Shown here: positions 18,462-27,836 of the stretch, one piece after another
How positions within the stretch are numbered: position 1 is the stretch's first letter
Layout: every line of letters begins with the position of its first letter
Assembly (NCBI GenBank): GCA_046538485.1
Contig: JBKHIT010000003.1
Span: forward strand, 83,199 to 147,198
Reading direction: 5' to 3'
Length of the DNA stretch: 64,000 nt
From: Candidatus Brocadiia bacterium
GTDB lineage: Bacteria > Planctomycetota > Brocadiia > SM23-32
Translations under genes and position numbers: made by a program
Notes under the pieces: model-generated
Databases searched by the model: none
Seen by the model: only the letters and a program-made list of their open reading frames with translations
Told to the model about the DNA's origin: nothing

Positions 18462-20414
18462 ATGCAGATCCGTGAGCATAAGGACCATTTTTGGGTTGAG
18501 TTTGAGAACGGAATGTCTGTTGAAGTTTTGAGCGATGGTCGCAATTTCGATGGGGTCGGACGGGTAAAATCTGGGCGTCGGCATTTGCGGGGAGAAGATT
18601 TGCCGATTCTCCCTCTTATTACCACCCTGGATGGGTATCAGGTGCGTCATTTTGAAATCGACGATGTAGAAGAAGATGACAAAGTTTTGACCATTACTTT
18701 CCGGCCTTTCATCACGGTATGCGGGCATAGTGAGAGGGAGACAAAAGAAGGGGGGGACTGCTGGCATACTTCCGAATGGAATCAAGAAGCGTTCCACGAC
18801 CGGGGAGGGTCGCTGGAATTAGAGTTGAGACCGGTGAATCGGTTGATGGGCCAGATCGAGTTTTCAGGATTTTCCTATTCATATAAATTCCGCTCGCGGA
18901 AATATTATCCTCACGCCATTCATGATCGGGCTACCTGGGAACTGGATGGTCGCGCGACGGGTAATACTTTGTTCATGCCCTCCGTGGTCCGGGAGCCAAA
19001 AAAGGAAATCCAGAATAAACAGGATGAATTCAGCTCGGTTTCCCGCGACGGAGAAGACATTATCAGTCAGTTCCGTCCTTTTTTCACAGAGCTTGGGGGA
19101 ATGACATTTCAGTGTAATGGGACGAGCCTGCTGGTGACGGCATTTGAAGAGCCCTTCCCATGTCGGACGGTGATTGAGAAGCCGGCCGATGAGAATTATG
19201 TTGTGCACTGGCATCAGCTCAAGGGAATAAAATCGAGGAACGGTGGCGCGATTGATGTCCCGGCGCAAGAGATCCTCTATGCTGAGACAAAAGAAAATCG
19301 GGAAATCGATCGGATGAATCAATACGATGCGGTCCGACGCGAAGTTTCGACGTGGCATCGCGATGCGCTCGGGATAGCCGAGGAGAAGCCGTGTCCGTCC
19401 GGATCATTGCTTTCTGGATCGCTGGATAGAGAAGAAGTGGTAGAACGCGGGGTCGAAGAATTAGCTGATGCTGGCTGCAAAGAAGTAGTAATTCGGGACC
19501 TTGTTTATTCGGACTCAGACCACGGCTTGCAGCTTGAAGATGATATCAATCGGATAGGCGATATGGCGTCAGATTTGCTCGGTTCAATTGTTGAGGCCAT
19601 TCATCACTGGGGCATGGAAGCCGGTATGGTTCTGCTCCCTGGACTGGAAGATACCACATGCGATTCTGATTCACAGGAGGGGCTGGAGGAATTTCTTAAA
19701 GAACTGCGAGACGATGTCGAACTGGACTGTATTTACCTGGCAGGGGGCAGCCGGGAACCTTCTTTAGACGATCGTCGGGCGTACGTTAAAAAACTGATCA
19801 AAGCTGTGGAACTTGATCTACAAAAAAAGTTTGTCTCAGTCGCCCAAAAAATTGGGTTTCGATGTGGGACGGCCGGTCTGGGTTGTGGGGGAATCAACTT
19901 CCAGCAAATTCCTTACGAAGCGATCCGGAACCGCGAATTTTTGTATCAGGGCTTGAGTACGGATTTTCCTTATGAGGAAGTCATAGCGGTCGAAGATGAT
20001 CCTCATGACGCATATTTCCGCGGTTATGCGAATTATCTTTGCTACAGGGTTGCTTTTGGCAGCCATCACGAAGGAGAACGTCCAGAAATGGATAAGTGGT
20101 GGGATTCATTCCTCGTTTCTGTAAATAGCGCATTTGATGCGGTGCGAGAACACATGGGAAAAGCGCGTTTGCTGGCCGATGACGCGGGTGTATTGTGGTC
20201 CGATGCTGAAGAACCGAAGGCGATGAAAGTGCTCTGGGCATTTAACAGCTTGAAATGGGACGTGGGACCGGAGGCTGACATTTTTGACGTGATGAGTGGA
20301 GAGCCGATCGAATTAAACATACCCGACGAGGACACCGAAGATCCGGTGGAATTTAAAGCAGAAGCTCGACGAGTCTATTTGGTGCAAAATGCACTGGAGC
20401 TGGAAAGCTATTGA
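18462..20414 (+). CDS. Hypothetical acidic protein (~650 aa), possibly glycoside-hydrolase-like architecture
   Basis: Long ORF with normal codon pattern; no catalytic motif recognised. The fold suggestion is inference only. Confidence 0.7.
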   Translation: MQIREHKDHFWVEFENGMSVEVLSDGRNFDGVGRVKSGRRHLRGEDLPILPLITTLDGYQVRHFEIDDVEEDDKVLTITFRPFITVCGHSERETKEGGDCWHTSEWNQEAFHDRGGSLELELRPVNRLMGQIEFSGFSYSYKFRSRKYYPHAIHDRATWELDGRATGNTLFMPSVVREPKKEIQNKQDEFSSVSRDGEDIISQFRPFFTELGGMTFQCNGTSLLVTAFEEPFPCRTVIEKPADENYVVHWHQLKGIKSRNGGAIDVPAQEILYAETKENREIDRMNQYDAVRREVSTWHRDALGIAEEKPCPSGSLLSGSLDREEVVERGVEELADAGCKEVVIRDLVYSDSDHGLQLEDDINRIGDMASDLLGSIVEAIHHWGMEAGMVLLPGLEDTTCDSDSQEGLEEFLKELRDDVELDCIYLAGGSREPSLDDRRAYVKKLIKAVELDLQKKFVSVAQKIGFRCGTAGLGCGGINFQQIPYEAIRNREFLYQGLSTDFPYEEVIAVEDDPHDAYFRGYANYLCYRVAFGSHHEGERPEMDKWWDSFLVSVNSAFDAVREHMGKARLLADDAGVLWSDAEEPKAMKVLWAFNSLKWDVGPEADIFDVMSGEPIELNIPDEDTEDPVEFKAEARRVYLVQNALELESY

Positions 20415-20457
20415 GGGACCGGGCGGTATTCTGAGATGTTTTGCACCTTGCCGGGTT

Positions 20458-21168
20458 TCAGTCGACCTCAGAGACGTCATCCCAGTCTGGATATAGATGT
20501 TTCAGCGCCAACCGGGCGGCTGCCTGCTCAGCTTCTTTTTTGCTGCTTCCCTGCCCTCTACCATAGATCTGACTGTCGATTTTTACTTCTGCCTCGAAAA
20601 GCGCATCGTGTGCAGGCCCCGAGGCGTGCTGCGTGCGGTAAGCGGGAGGCGGTTTGCCTTCTCCCTGGGCAAATTCCTGGAGCACAGACTTGTAGTTGAG
20701 TTGTCCGTATTGTTGACGAGCCAGCTCTAATTCCGGTCTCAGGGTTCTTTTCAGAAACGAGCAGGCGGTTTCGAACCCGCCATCGAGGTAAATTGCTGCC
20801 AAGAGGGCTTCATAAGCATTTCCAATTATTGATCCCGGGTAAGGTTTTTGCTTTTTCAGGCCTTTACCGATTCGCAAATATTTGCCCAGACCGAGTCGTC
20901 TGCCCGCGCGGGCCATACTGCTACGACTGGCAGCAATGGATCGAATCTTTGACATCTCTCCCTCGTTGAGACTGTCGGAACTTCGATAAAGGTATTCGGC
21001 AACAATAATTTCGGCTACGGCGTCCCCGAGAAACTCAAGCCGTTCGTACGATTCTTCGCGGTCTGTAGCAGCTGACGGGTGAGTCAAGGCTTTTTGAAGC
21101 AGAGAGGGATCTTTGAAAATGTAATCGATATCATGCTGCAATTCGCTGGGGGAAACAGCAGGGCTCAT
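20458..21168 (-). CDS. rnc: Ribonuclease III
   Basis: YERLEFLGDAV signature, NAYEALLAAIYLDGG, dsRBD NYKSVLQE…G.G.SKKEAEQAAA. Confidence 0.97.
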   Translation of the reverse strand: MSPAVSPSELQHDIDYIFKDPSLLQKALTHPSAATDREESYERLEFLGDAVAEIIVAEYLYRSSDSLNEGEMSKIRSIAASRSSMARAGRRLGLGKYLRIGKGLKKQKPYPGSIIGNAYEALLAAIYLDGGFETACSFLKRTLRPELELARQQYGQLNYKSVLQEFAQGEGKPPPAYRTQHASGPAHDALFEAEVKIDSQIYGRGQGSSKKEAEQAAARLALKHLYPDWDDVSEVD

Positions 21169-21192
21169 CGTGTCATTCTCGGGGGCTTTTGA

Positions 21193-22194
21193 TTAACGGG
21201 TGCGTTCTGCCATAAAACGGGCCACTTGCTGGAAAAAAGCACTATCTTTAATCGGGATTGATTCGAGCGTTGCAAAAGCTTCTTCGACAAGCTGATTGGC
21301 TTTTTTTTGGGCAAACTCGATGGAACCGGTGCTACGGTAAACTTCCAGCACGGTTTCCACGTCGTGTGTTTTGGTTTCAGCTCGGGGTTTCCGGATAATT
21401 TCCAGCAGCTTAGCTTTCATTTCGGGCTCGGCAACATTCAGAGAATGTGCGTAAAGGATACTCGGTTTTCCCTCCCGTATGTCATTACCGATCTCCCCAC
21501 CGCGTCCTTTGCCTTTGGTCAAATCGATGATGTCGTCGCGAATCTGGAAAGCAGGGCCCATATTGGATCCCAATTCCCTGATGGGTTGAGTTTCTTCCGG
21601 CCTCATCCCAGCGATCAGCGCACCACCGACCATCCCGAGGGCAAGATAGTCGCCGGTTTTCAATTCCACCATTTTTAAATAGTCGCTGACTGTGAAATCT
21701 TTGGAGCCGCGACAGTTAAGGTCAAGGGCTTGACCGGCGCAAGTGTGTTCGTAAGCCCTTGTGAACGCACTAATAAGTTGTCGCAGCTTTGTATCGTCGA
21801 CGGGACACCTGAGGATAGCCGAGTAGGCGCGGCCCAGCATGTAATCGCCGACGTTGATAGCATTTCCCTGCCCGAATTGCTTCCAAACTGTTGGTTTGTC
21901 CCGGCGAATCGCATCGCCATCTTCAAGGTCATCATGGATCAGCAACATGTTGTGGAGTAGCTCAACCGCAGCGGCGAATGGGAGAGCGGCATCGGAGTCC
22001 CCGCCCAAATGCTCGCAGCACATCAGGCAGAGGGCCGGCCGGACACGTTTCCCTCCGCTTTCCATATGATGCCAGAAGGGCCTAGAAATGTAATCTTTAT
22101 CTCCAGCTGGAAACAACTCGTGCAGGAGAGGATTAATACGGCCACCTGCTTCCGTGAGGCGTTGTTCAAATTCTGCGAGTTGTTTCTCGTCCAT
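21193..22194 (-). CDS. Polyprenyl diphosphate synthase (GGPP-synthase-like)
   Basis: GGKRVRP, LLIHDDLED…RRDKPT (first Asp-rich motif), GQALD, KTG, FQIRDD (second), DIREGK. Start could be 22236 or 22194. Confidence 0.92.
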   Translation of the reverse strand: MDEKQLAEFEQRLTEAGGRINPLLHELFPAGDKDYISRPFWHHMESGGKRVRPALCLMCCEHLGGDSDAALPFAAAVELLHNMLLIHDDLEDGDAIRRDKPTVWKQFGQGNAINVGDYMLGRAYSAILRCPVDDTKLRQLISAFTRAYEHTCAGQALDLNCRGSKDFTVSDYLKMVELKTGDYLALGMVGGALIAGMRPEETQPIRELGSNMGPAFQIRDDIIDLTKGKGRGGEIGNDIREGKPSILYAHSLNVAEPEMKAKLLEIIRKPRAETKTHDVETVLEVYRSTGSIEFAQKKANQLVEEAFATLESIPIKDSAFFQQVARFMAERTR

Positions 22195-22353
22195 GTGAAG
22201 GCTTTCAGTTAACAGGGAACTCTCAAACCCCCGCATTTTATCGTACCAGCAGCTGAGCTCATGTCAACATGAGAAGTCTCAAATGTTAAAATGTAGAGGA
22301 ACCGATAAGTTATTCTTTCGGGGGTGGTTACATTCCTGCGAAGATGCTCAAGG

Positions 22354-22382
22354 TTGACATGCCTGCGGCACGTGATTAGGAT
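22354..22382 (+). promoter_or_regulatory. Sigma70-type promoter of tRNA-Ser
   Basis: TTGACA (22354-59), 17-bp spacer, TAGGAT (22377-82). Confidence 0.75.
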
Positions 22383-22393
22383 AACCCGTCTGC

Positions 22394-22489
<96 letters not shown>

Positions 22490-22554
22490 TTTGAATACGC
22501 TGCCGTGTAGGGTTTACAAAGGCAGATTATTTGAGATATGGGGTGAGGTCCGTC

Positions 22555-23109
22555 TTAAGAGAGTTCCAGCAAGTCCCGTATTTTGTCTTTAAGGCTTACC
22601 GTTGAAACGGGTTTGCCAATAACGTCATGGGCACCTTCAATTTGGGCGCTGGAATCCCCGGCGATTGCCAGTGTGCGAACAGGGCGGAATTCCGTTACTG
22701 TGCGTATGCTCTGGCAGATTTCGGCTGGATCAAGACCGCTGATATCTGTGTTCACCACGACAAAATCCGGCTGGTAGATACCGAGTCGAATCAAACCGGC
22801 ATAGCCACCTGTTGAAGATTCAATCTCAAAATCTTGTTCCATCGGCTCTACCACATTTCTGATCGTTTCGATATCGCTCGGTTTATCTGTGAGCACAAAT
22901 ACATTGAACGTTTCAAAAGCCTTGAGGCGGTCCATCGATATGTCATACTGCTCCATAAATTCTATAAGTGCCTTTCGTGGAATACGCCGGACACCTGTGA
23001 CAGGTGATTTAATAACGCCAATCCTACCCGAATCGCAGTAGCGAATAATTGTCATCGGGCTGACCTGGCAAATTTCAGCCGCCTCACCAGTGGTGAAAAG
23101 CTCTTTCAT
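22555..23109 (-). CDS. Excisionase-like HTH DNA-binding protein fused to an atypical receiver domain
   Basis: FTTGEAAEICQVSPMTIIRYCDSG…G.RRIPR (HTH_17-like) followed by REC-like …QPDFVVVNTDISGLD…KP. Confidence 0.8.
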   Translation of the reverse strand: MKELFTTGEAAEICQVSPMTIIRYCDSGRIGVIKSPVTGVRRIPRKALIEFMEQYDISMDRLKAFETFNVFVLTDKPSDIETIRNVVEPMEQDFEIESSTGGYAGLIRLGIYQPDFVVVNTDISGLDPAEICQSIRTVTEFRPVRTLAIAGDSSAQIEGAHDVIGKPVSTVSLKDKIRDLLELS

Positions 23110-23184
23110 TTTCCCGGTACCTGCAAAAAAGTTACAAGAAATTAATTCTATAAAAAGGGTCCCCTTCAGCACTATCTATTAATA

Positions 23185-23213
23185 ATTATTGCAGCTACTG
23201 CTAAAAATGTCAA
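23185..23213 (-). promoter_or_regulatory. Sigma70-type promoter candidate for the HTH-REC gene
   Basis: Minus strand TTGACA, 17 bp, AATAAT in an AT-rich divergent region. Confidence 0.5.
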
Positions 23214-23418
23214 CCCATTTCTATTTAAAGTACAGAAAATGCATTCAATTGTTTCCAGAGCTATGTTTCCCTTTCTTTGTGAGGAAAGAAACATATTTGC
23301 GGGCACTAAAGCGTTTGACGAATGGCACCTGAGAGAGATAATGTCGAAAGATTAGAGTTTTCATTCCAAGCAGAAAGAATTTCGCATCCCCGATGGTAAT
23401 AGCATCCAGGAGAAAATA

Positions 23419-24204
23419 ATGACAGATGAAGAAATTTTCGCCCATGCTGGCGAAGAAAAAGTAAGTCGAGCTATTGTGTCTGCATTTTCCCAAGAATTGC
23501 TCGAATACATCGAAAGTGATTGCCTGATAATTGGTGGTGGCCCCAGCGGCTTGATGCTTGCCCGAGAGGTGGCATCCAGCGGATTAAAGACTCTGATTGT
23601 CGAGCGAAACAACTACCTCGGTGGCGGTTTTTGGCTGGGAGGCTACCTCATGAATAAACTCACCATCCGTGCCCCCGCTCAGAAAGAACTCGACGACCTC
23701 GGAATTCCCTATACCCAGGCTGAAGAAGGTCTTTATGTTGCTGACGGACCCCTGGCGTGCTCGAAACTCATAGTTGAAGCATGCGAAGCCGGTGCAAAAG
23801 TGCTTAACATGACAAGTTTCGAAGACGTGGTGGTTCGAGAAGGCGGACGGGTGGCCGGCGCGGTCATCAACTGGACCCCGGTTGCAAACCTTCCAGTACA
23901 GGTGCGTTGTGTCGATCCCATATCGCTGAAGGCTGACTATGTGGTTGATGCTACGGGACACGATGCTTTTGTGCTGCACTCTCTGGAAGACAGGGGATTT
24001 TTCGAGACGAAGGGGTACGGTGCCATGTGGGTGGAGCGGTCTGAGGATTTGATTGTACAAAAAACGGGTGAAGTTCACCCGGGTCTTATTGCTGTGGGGA
24101 TGTCAGTGAGCACGGCTTTCGGAGTCCCTCGGATGGGCCCTACTTTTGGTGCAATGTTGCTTTCAGGGAAGAAAGGGGCCGAAGTTATTCTTAAAAACCA
24201 CTGA
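23419..24204 (+). CDS. thi4: THI4-family thiazole synthase, Cys-type
   Basis: IIGGGPSG, ERNNYLGGGFWLGG, NWTPV….RCVDP, DATGHDA, RMGPTFGAMLLSG; RBS aggaga. Confidence 0.95.
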   Translation: MTDEEIFAHAGEEKVSRAIVSAFSQELLEYIESDCLIIGGGPSGLMLAREVASSGLKTLIVERNNYLGGGFWLGGYLMNKLTIRAPAQKELDDLGIPYTQAEEGLYVADGPLACSKLIVEACEAGAKVLNMTSFEDVVVREGGRVAGAVINWTPVANLPVQVRCVDPISLKADYVVDATGHDAFVLHSLEDRGFFETKGYGAMWVERSEDLIVQKTGEVHPGLIAVGMSVSTAFGVPRMGPTFGAMLLSGKKGAEVILKNH

Positions 24205-24346
24205 GTTCTGGCTACAGATTTTTTTGGTTTTAAAGATATTCGGGCAAAATGTGTAATTCCCATTCGAAATTGAAGTTGCGGATTTGAAAATGGCACAATG
24301 ATCGTTTCAATAGTGGTTTGAATTGTTTCTAAGGGCAGAGATTCCA

Positions 24347-25261
24347 ATGGTATCGCAAAACAAAATGGTTCAGGAACTGGATGATCTTAAATCTCGCCGT
24401 AACGCCATTCTCCTCGTACATAACTACCAGGTGCCAGAGTTACAGGATGTGGCCGACTTTCGGGGAGATTCCCTGGGCCTCAGTCGGAAAGCCGCCGAAA
24501 GTGACGCCGACGTTATCGTTTTTTGTGGCGTGCATTTTATGGCTGAAACGGCTTCAATCCTCTGCAGGGAAAAAACAGTGCTCATCCCGGATTTGCACTG
24601 TGGGTGTCCGATGGCTGATATGATTGATGCCGAGCAGTTGCGTGCTTTGAAGCGTGAGCACCCCGGGGCCGTGGTCGTTTGTTACGTTAACAGCAGTGCG
24701 GAAGTAAAGGCCGAGAGCGATTTGTGCTGCACATCCGCCAATTCTCAAGAAATAGTGAATTCTGTCGGAAAAGACAGGTCGATAATTTTCGTTCCGGACA
24801 GGTTCCTGGGCACGTATACAGCATCCCAGACAGGGCGTGATTTGATCTTGTGGGACGGATATTGCCCTGTGCATGCCAATATGAGTCCAGAAGATATCGC
24901 ACGGGCGCGACGGGAACACCCGGGTGCGGCCATCGTGGTTCATCCCGAATGCGGGCCGGAGGTAACTGAAAAAGCTGATGCGGTGGAATCAACGAGTGGT
25001 ATGTGTCGTTTCTCCGGCAAGACCAAGGCAAATGAAATCGTTGTTGGGACGGAAGTCGGTATGATATACCGTCTGCAAACGGATTACCCGGACAAGTCGT
25101 TTTATCCTCTTCTCAAATCGGCGGAGTGCGCGGGTATGAAACGGAATTCTTTTCAGAAAGTGGTCTTTGCGCTCCGGGAAATGCAACACAAGGTTAAGGT
25201 TCCTGAAGATATCGCTGAGAGGGCCGAGGACGCCATAAACGCGATGGTCCAGGCAGGATGA
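24347..25261 (+). CDS. nadA: Quinolinate synthase
   Basis: LVHNYQ, GDSLGL, FCGVHFMAE, GCPMAD, YVNSSA, W.GYCPVH, HPEC, GTE.G, C..MK. Confidence 0.96.
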   Translation: MVSQNKMVQELDDLKSRRNAILLVHNYQVPELQDVADFRGDSLGLSRKAAESDADVIVFCGVHFMAETASILCREKTVLIPDLHCGCPMADMIDAEQLRALKREHPGAVVVCYVNSSAEVKAESDLCCTSANSQEIVNSVGKDRSIIFVPDRFLGTYTASQTGRDLILWDGYCPVHANMSPEDIARARREHPGAAIVVHPECGPEVTEKADAVESTSGMCRFSGKTKANEIVVGTEVGMIYRLQTDYPDKSFYPLLKSAECAGMKRNSFQKVVFALREMQHKVKVPEDIAERAEDAINAMVQAG

Positions 25262-25459
25262 AAGGCCCCGAATACGAACCTCGGAGGGAAAACGGGCGAT
25301 TAATAAGTAGCGTCGGCTCAGGGGAAATACAGGAGGTCTTTGACTCCGCGAAATTAATGCCGCCGTGTTTGCGGTCTGTGAACCGGGGGTTTTGCTTTGA
25401 CTGTGGCGGTGTGGCCATTAGAATCATCATATGTTTTTCTTGTTTCCACAGGTGCAGCG

Positions 25460-27826
25460 ATGAAACGTGTCTTATTGGTCATAATGACGGTGTTTTTGGT
25501 GAATTTCTCCGGCATAATTGCGGGAGAGCAGGGCCAGACCGACTCCAGGGAGTCAATTTTTCGTTTTGCCGGGCCTCATCTTTTCCCGTATAACCCGCGG
25601 ATAAGCAATTTGAGGGTGGCGGATGTCAACAGTGATGGCGGCCTGGACCTCGTGTTTTTAAATAACCGTCTGAGCAAAGTGGAGTTTCGTCTTCAGAAAA
25701 CCGGGCAGGCAGGGGGAGAGGACACCGATTCTACCAATACTAAAGAGCCAAATAAGATCGAAGCTGCCCGTTTGCTTAAGGAAGATGCCTTCCCGACAAG
25801 TCACACAATCAGAGCGTACAGCCCCATCCGCATGGGCGAAAAAACCCCCGGTATAGCGTATTTTTGCGATACCAGAGAGCTTTTCCTGGCCGTGAGTAAG
25901 GAAAATGGGGATTGGGAGCAACGTCAGAGAATGTTGTTGGAAGTCGATTCATCTTATGTGGGAGGTTTTGAAACCGCTGATTTGAACGGCGACGGCCTGG
26001 AAGATCTGGTTTTTCTCACAAGTAAAGCATTGCTGGTTTTTCCCCAGGACAGAACTGATCGCAGGTTAATGGCGCCGCGGCGATATCCGGTTGCGAAGAC
26101 GAATCCTCGCCTGCTTCGCCTGGGCGATATAAGTGGCGATGGGAGGCCGGATTACATCTATGTGGCCTCTGGCACGTTCTATCCGTTGCGCGTGCGTATC
26201 ACTCAGAGGGACGGAGCGGCGGGGCCGGAACACAGGTTCCGAATGCCAGGACCGCGAGATATTGCGGTGGGCGAGATTGATGGCCGAAAAGGATGCGAAC
26301 TGGTTGTTATTGAATCTACTACCAACAGGATCAAAATTTTGCGGTGGTCGCGTGAAAAGCCCGAAGAAGAAGACGAATTTGACTATTCAAACGTTCGGTT
26401 GACGCCTTTGCCAAAGGACAAGATGGCAGAGAAAAGAGACTTTGCTATCGGTGATGTTGATGGAAACGGTCTTGAAGATATTATTGTGACAAGTCCGGCG
26501 TCTTCGCAGGTGACGCTCATCAGGTCGGGGAAAAAGACAGGTATGTTGCCGCCAGAGAATTTCCCGGCATTTAAACGAACCGATCAGCTTATCATTGCTC
26601 CGAGGGGCAAGGAGGGCAGAAACGTCGTTTTCATGCTGAGCAAAGAAGAAAAAATCGTCGGAGTGAGCTTTTTCGACACCGTAAAGGGGCGTCTGACCTA
26701 TCCGCAACCGATTGATACTGGCGGAAAACCGCTGAACATTGCTTTAAACCCGGGCTCAGCGGACCGCAAGGCGGGGTTGTGGTGTATGGTTGAGAAAAAG
26801 CTCGAGGATAAAGAGGAGAAGAAAAAAGAACTTTTTATTGTTTTGCTAACAGAATCCAAAGGCAAATACATTGTTGCGACCGAAACAATTGCGCCCGGGT
26901 TGGACTCGGCACCGGAGAGAGTACTTCCGATAAATCTCAACAAAGACGGGCGGGTAGATTTAATGTGCCTGAGAAAATACGAATCGCCGGTATTGCTCGT
27001 TCAAAAGGCGGATGGGACGTTCGAGAACGTGACGGCTAGAGCGGATTTTCGAGGTCATATTCTACGGGATATAAGCAGAGCCACCGTTCACGCCGCGCCA
27101 TTAAAAAAAGGGACGGATCCGCTTATTTTTGTAGCAAGCGGCAATTTAATCCGGGCGGTTGCTTTCGAAAAAAAGAATCTCGTTGTGAAGGAACAATTCA
27201 GCAGTGAACGAGGGAACGCAAAGTTTGCAGCACTTCATATTGCAGATCTGGATTCTGACGGTGAGAATGAGATCCTGGCGCTTGATTCCAACGACGATCT
27301 GCTGAATTTCCTGGATAGAGATGAGAAAGGGATTTTCCAGACCAGGCGGAAAACCGATGTGGGAAGTTTTGGTCTTCTGGGTTTGGTTCGAATTGATCAG
27401 GATGGCGATGGACAAAAGGAAATTGTCTTTGTCGGGACGAAGAAACTCGGCGTGATGTCACGTTCCGCGTCACGACCAAGGTTAACCGAAATCGGAATGG
27501 TCGAGGCTGATCGGGATCGGGTGCACTACGGACAGGTGCTGGTGGGCGATCTGAACAACGATGGTCGTTCTGACCTTGTGCTACGAGAGCTGGCAAAACA
27601 CCAGCTTGAGATTTACAGCTATTCACTCGGGCAGAGAGGAAACATGAACTGGAAGAGCAAGTTTCGTTTCCCGGTTTTTGAATCCCATAGTTTTCGAAGC
27701 GGTTCCTCGAGTCAGCATGGTCAACAGCCGAGGGAACTTGTGCTGGGCGACGTTACGGGAGACGGGCTGACGGATATGGCTATTATTGTTCATGACCGTG
27801 TCATTGTCTATCCGCAACAAAAATAG
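25460..27826 (+). CDS. Secreted FG-GAP/VCBS repeat protein
   Basis: Signal peptide (MKRVLLVIMTVFLVNFSGIIAG) and repeated D.NGDG..D motifs (ADVNSDGGLD, ADLNGDGLED, GDVDGNGLED, GDLNNDGRSD, GDVTGDGLTD). Confidence 0.9.
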   Translation: MKRVLLVIMTVFLVNFSGIIAGEQGQTDSRESIFRFAGPHLFPYNPRISNLRVADVNSDGGLDLVFLNNRLSKVEFRLQKTGQAGGEDTDSTNTKEPNKIEAARLLKEDAFPTSHTIRAYSPIRMGEKTPGIAYFCDTRELFLAVSKENGDWEQRQRMLLEVDSSYVGGFETADLNGDGLEDLVFLTSKALLVFPQDRTDRRLMAPRRYPVAKTNPRLLRLGDISGDGRPDYIYVASGTFYPLRVRITQRDGAAGPEHRFRMPGPRDIAVGEIDGRKGCELVVIESTTNRIKILRWSREKPEEEDEFDYSNVRLTPLPKDKMAEKRDFAIGDVDGNGLEDIIVTSPASSQVTLIRSGKKTGMLPPENFPAFKRTDQLIIAPRGKEGRNVVFMLSKEEKIVGVSFFDTVKGRLTYPQPIDTGGKPLNIALNPGSADRKAGLWCMVEKKLEDKEEKKKELFIVLLTESKGKYIVATETIAPGLDSAPERVLPINLNKDGRVDLMCLRKYESPVLLVQKADGTFENVTARADFRGHILRDISRATVHAAPLKKGTDPLIFVASGNLIRAVAFEKKNLVVKEQFSSERGNAKFAALHIADLDSDGENEILALDSNDDLLNFLDRDEKGIFQTRRKTDVGSFGLLGLVRIDQDGDGQKEIVFVGTKKLGVMSRSASRPRLTEIGMVEADRDRVHYGQVLVGDLNNDGRSDLVLRELAKHQLEIYSYSLGQRGNMNWKSKFRFPVFESHSFRSGSSSQHGQQPRELVLGDVTGDGLTDMAIIVHDRVIVYPQQK

Positions 27827-27836
27827 GAGTTGGTTA

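Noticed and set aside
23200-23418. TPP riboswitch upstream of thi4
   Set aside because: Only a ctgaga fragment is present; the conserved gaacctga…taat…gcg-agg elements and stems are missing.
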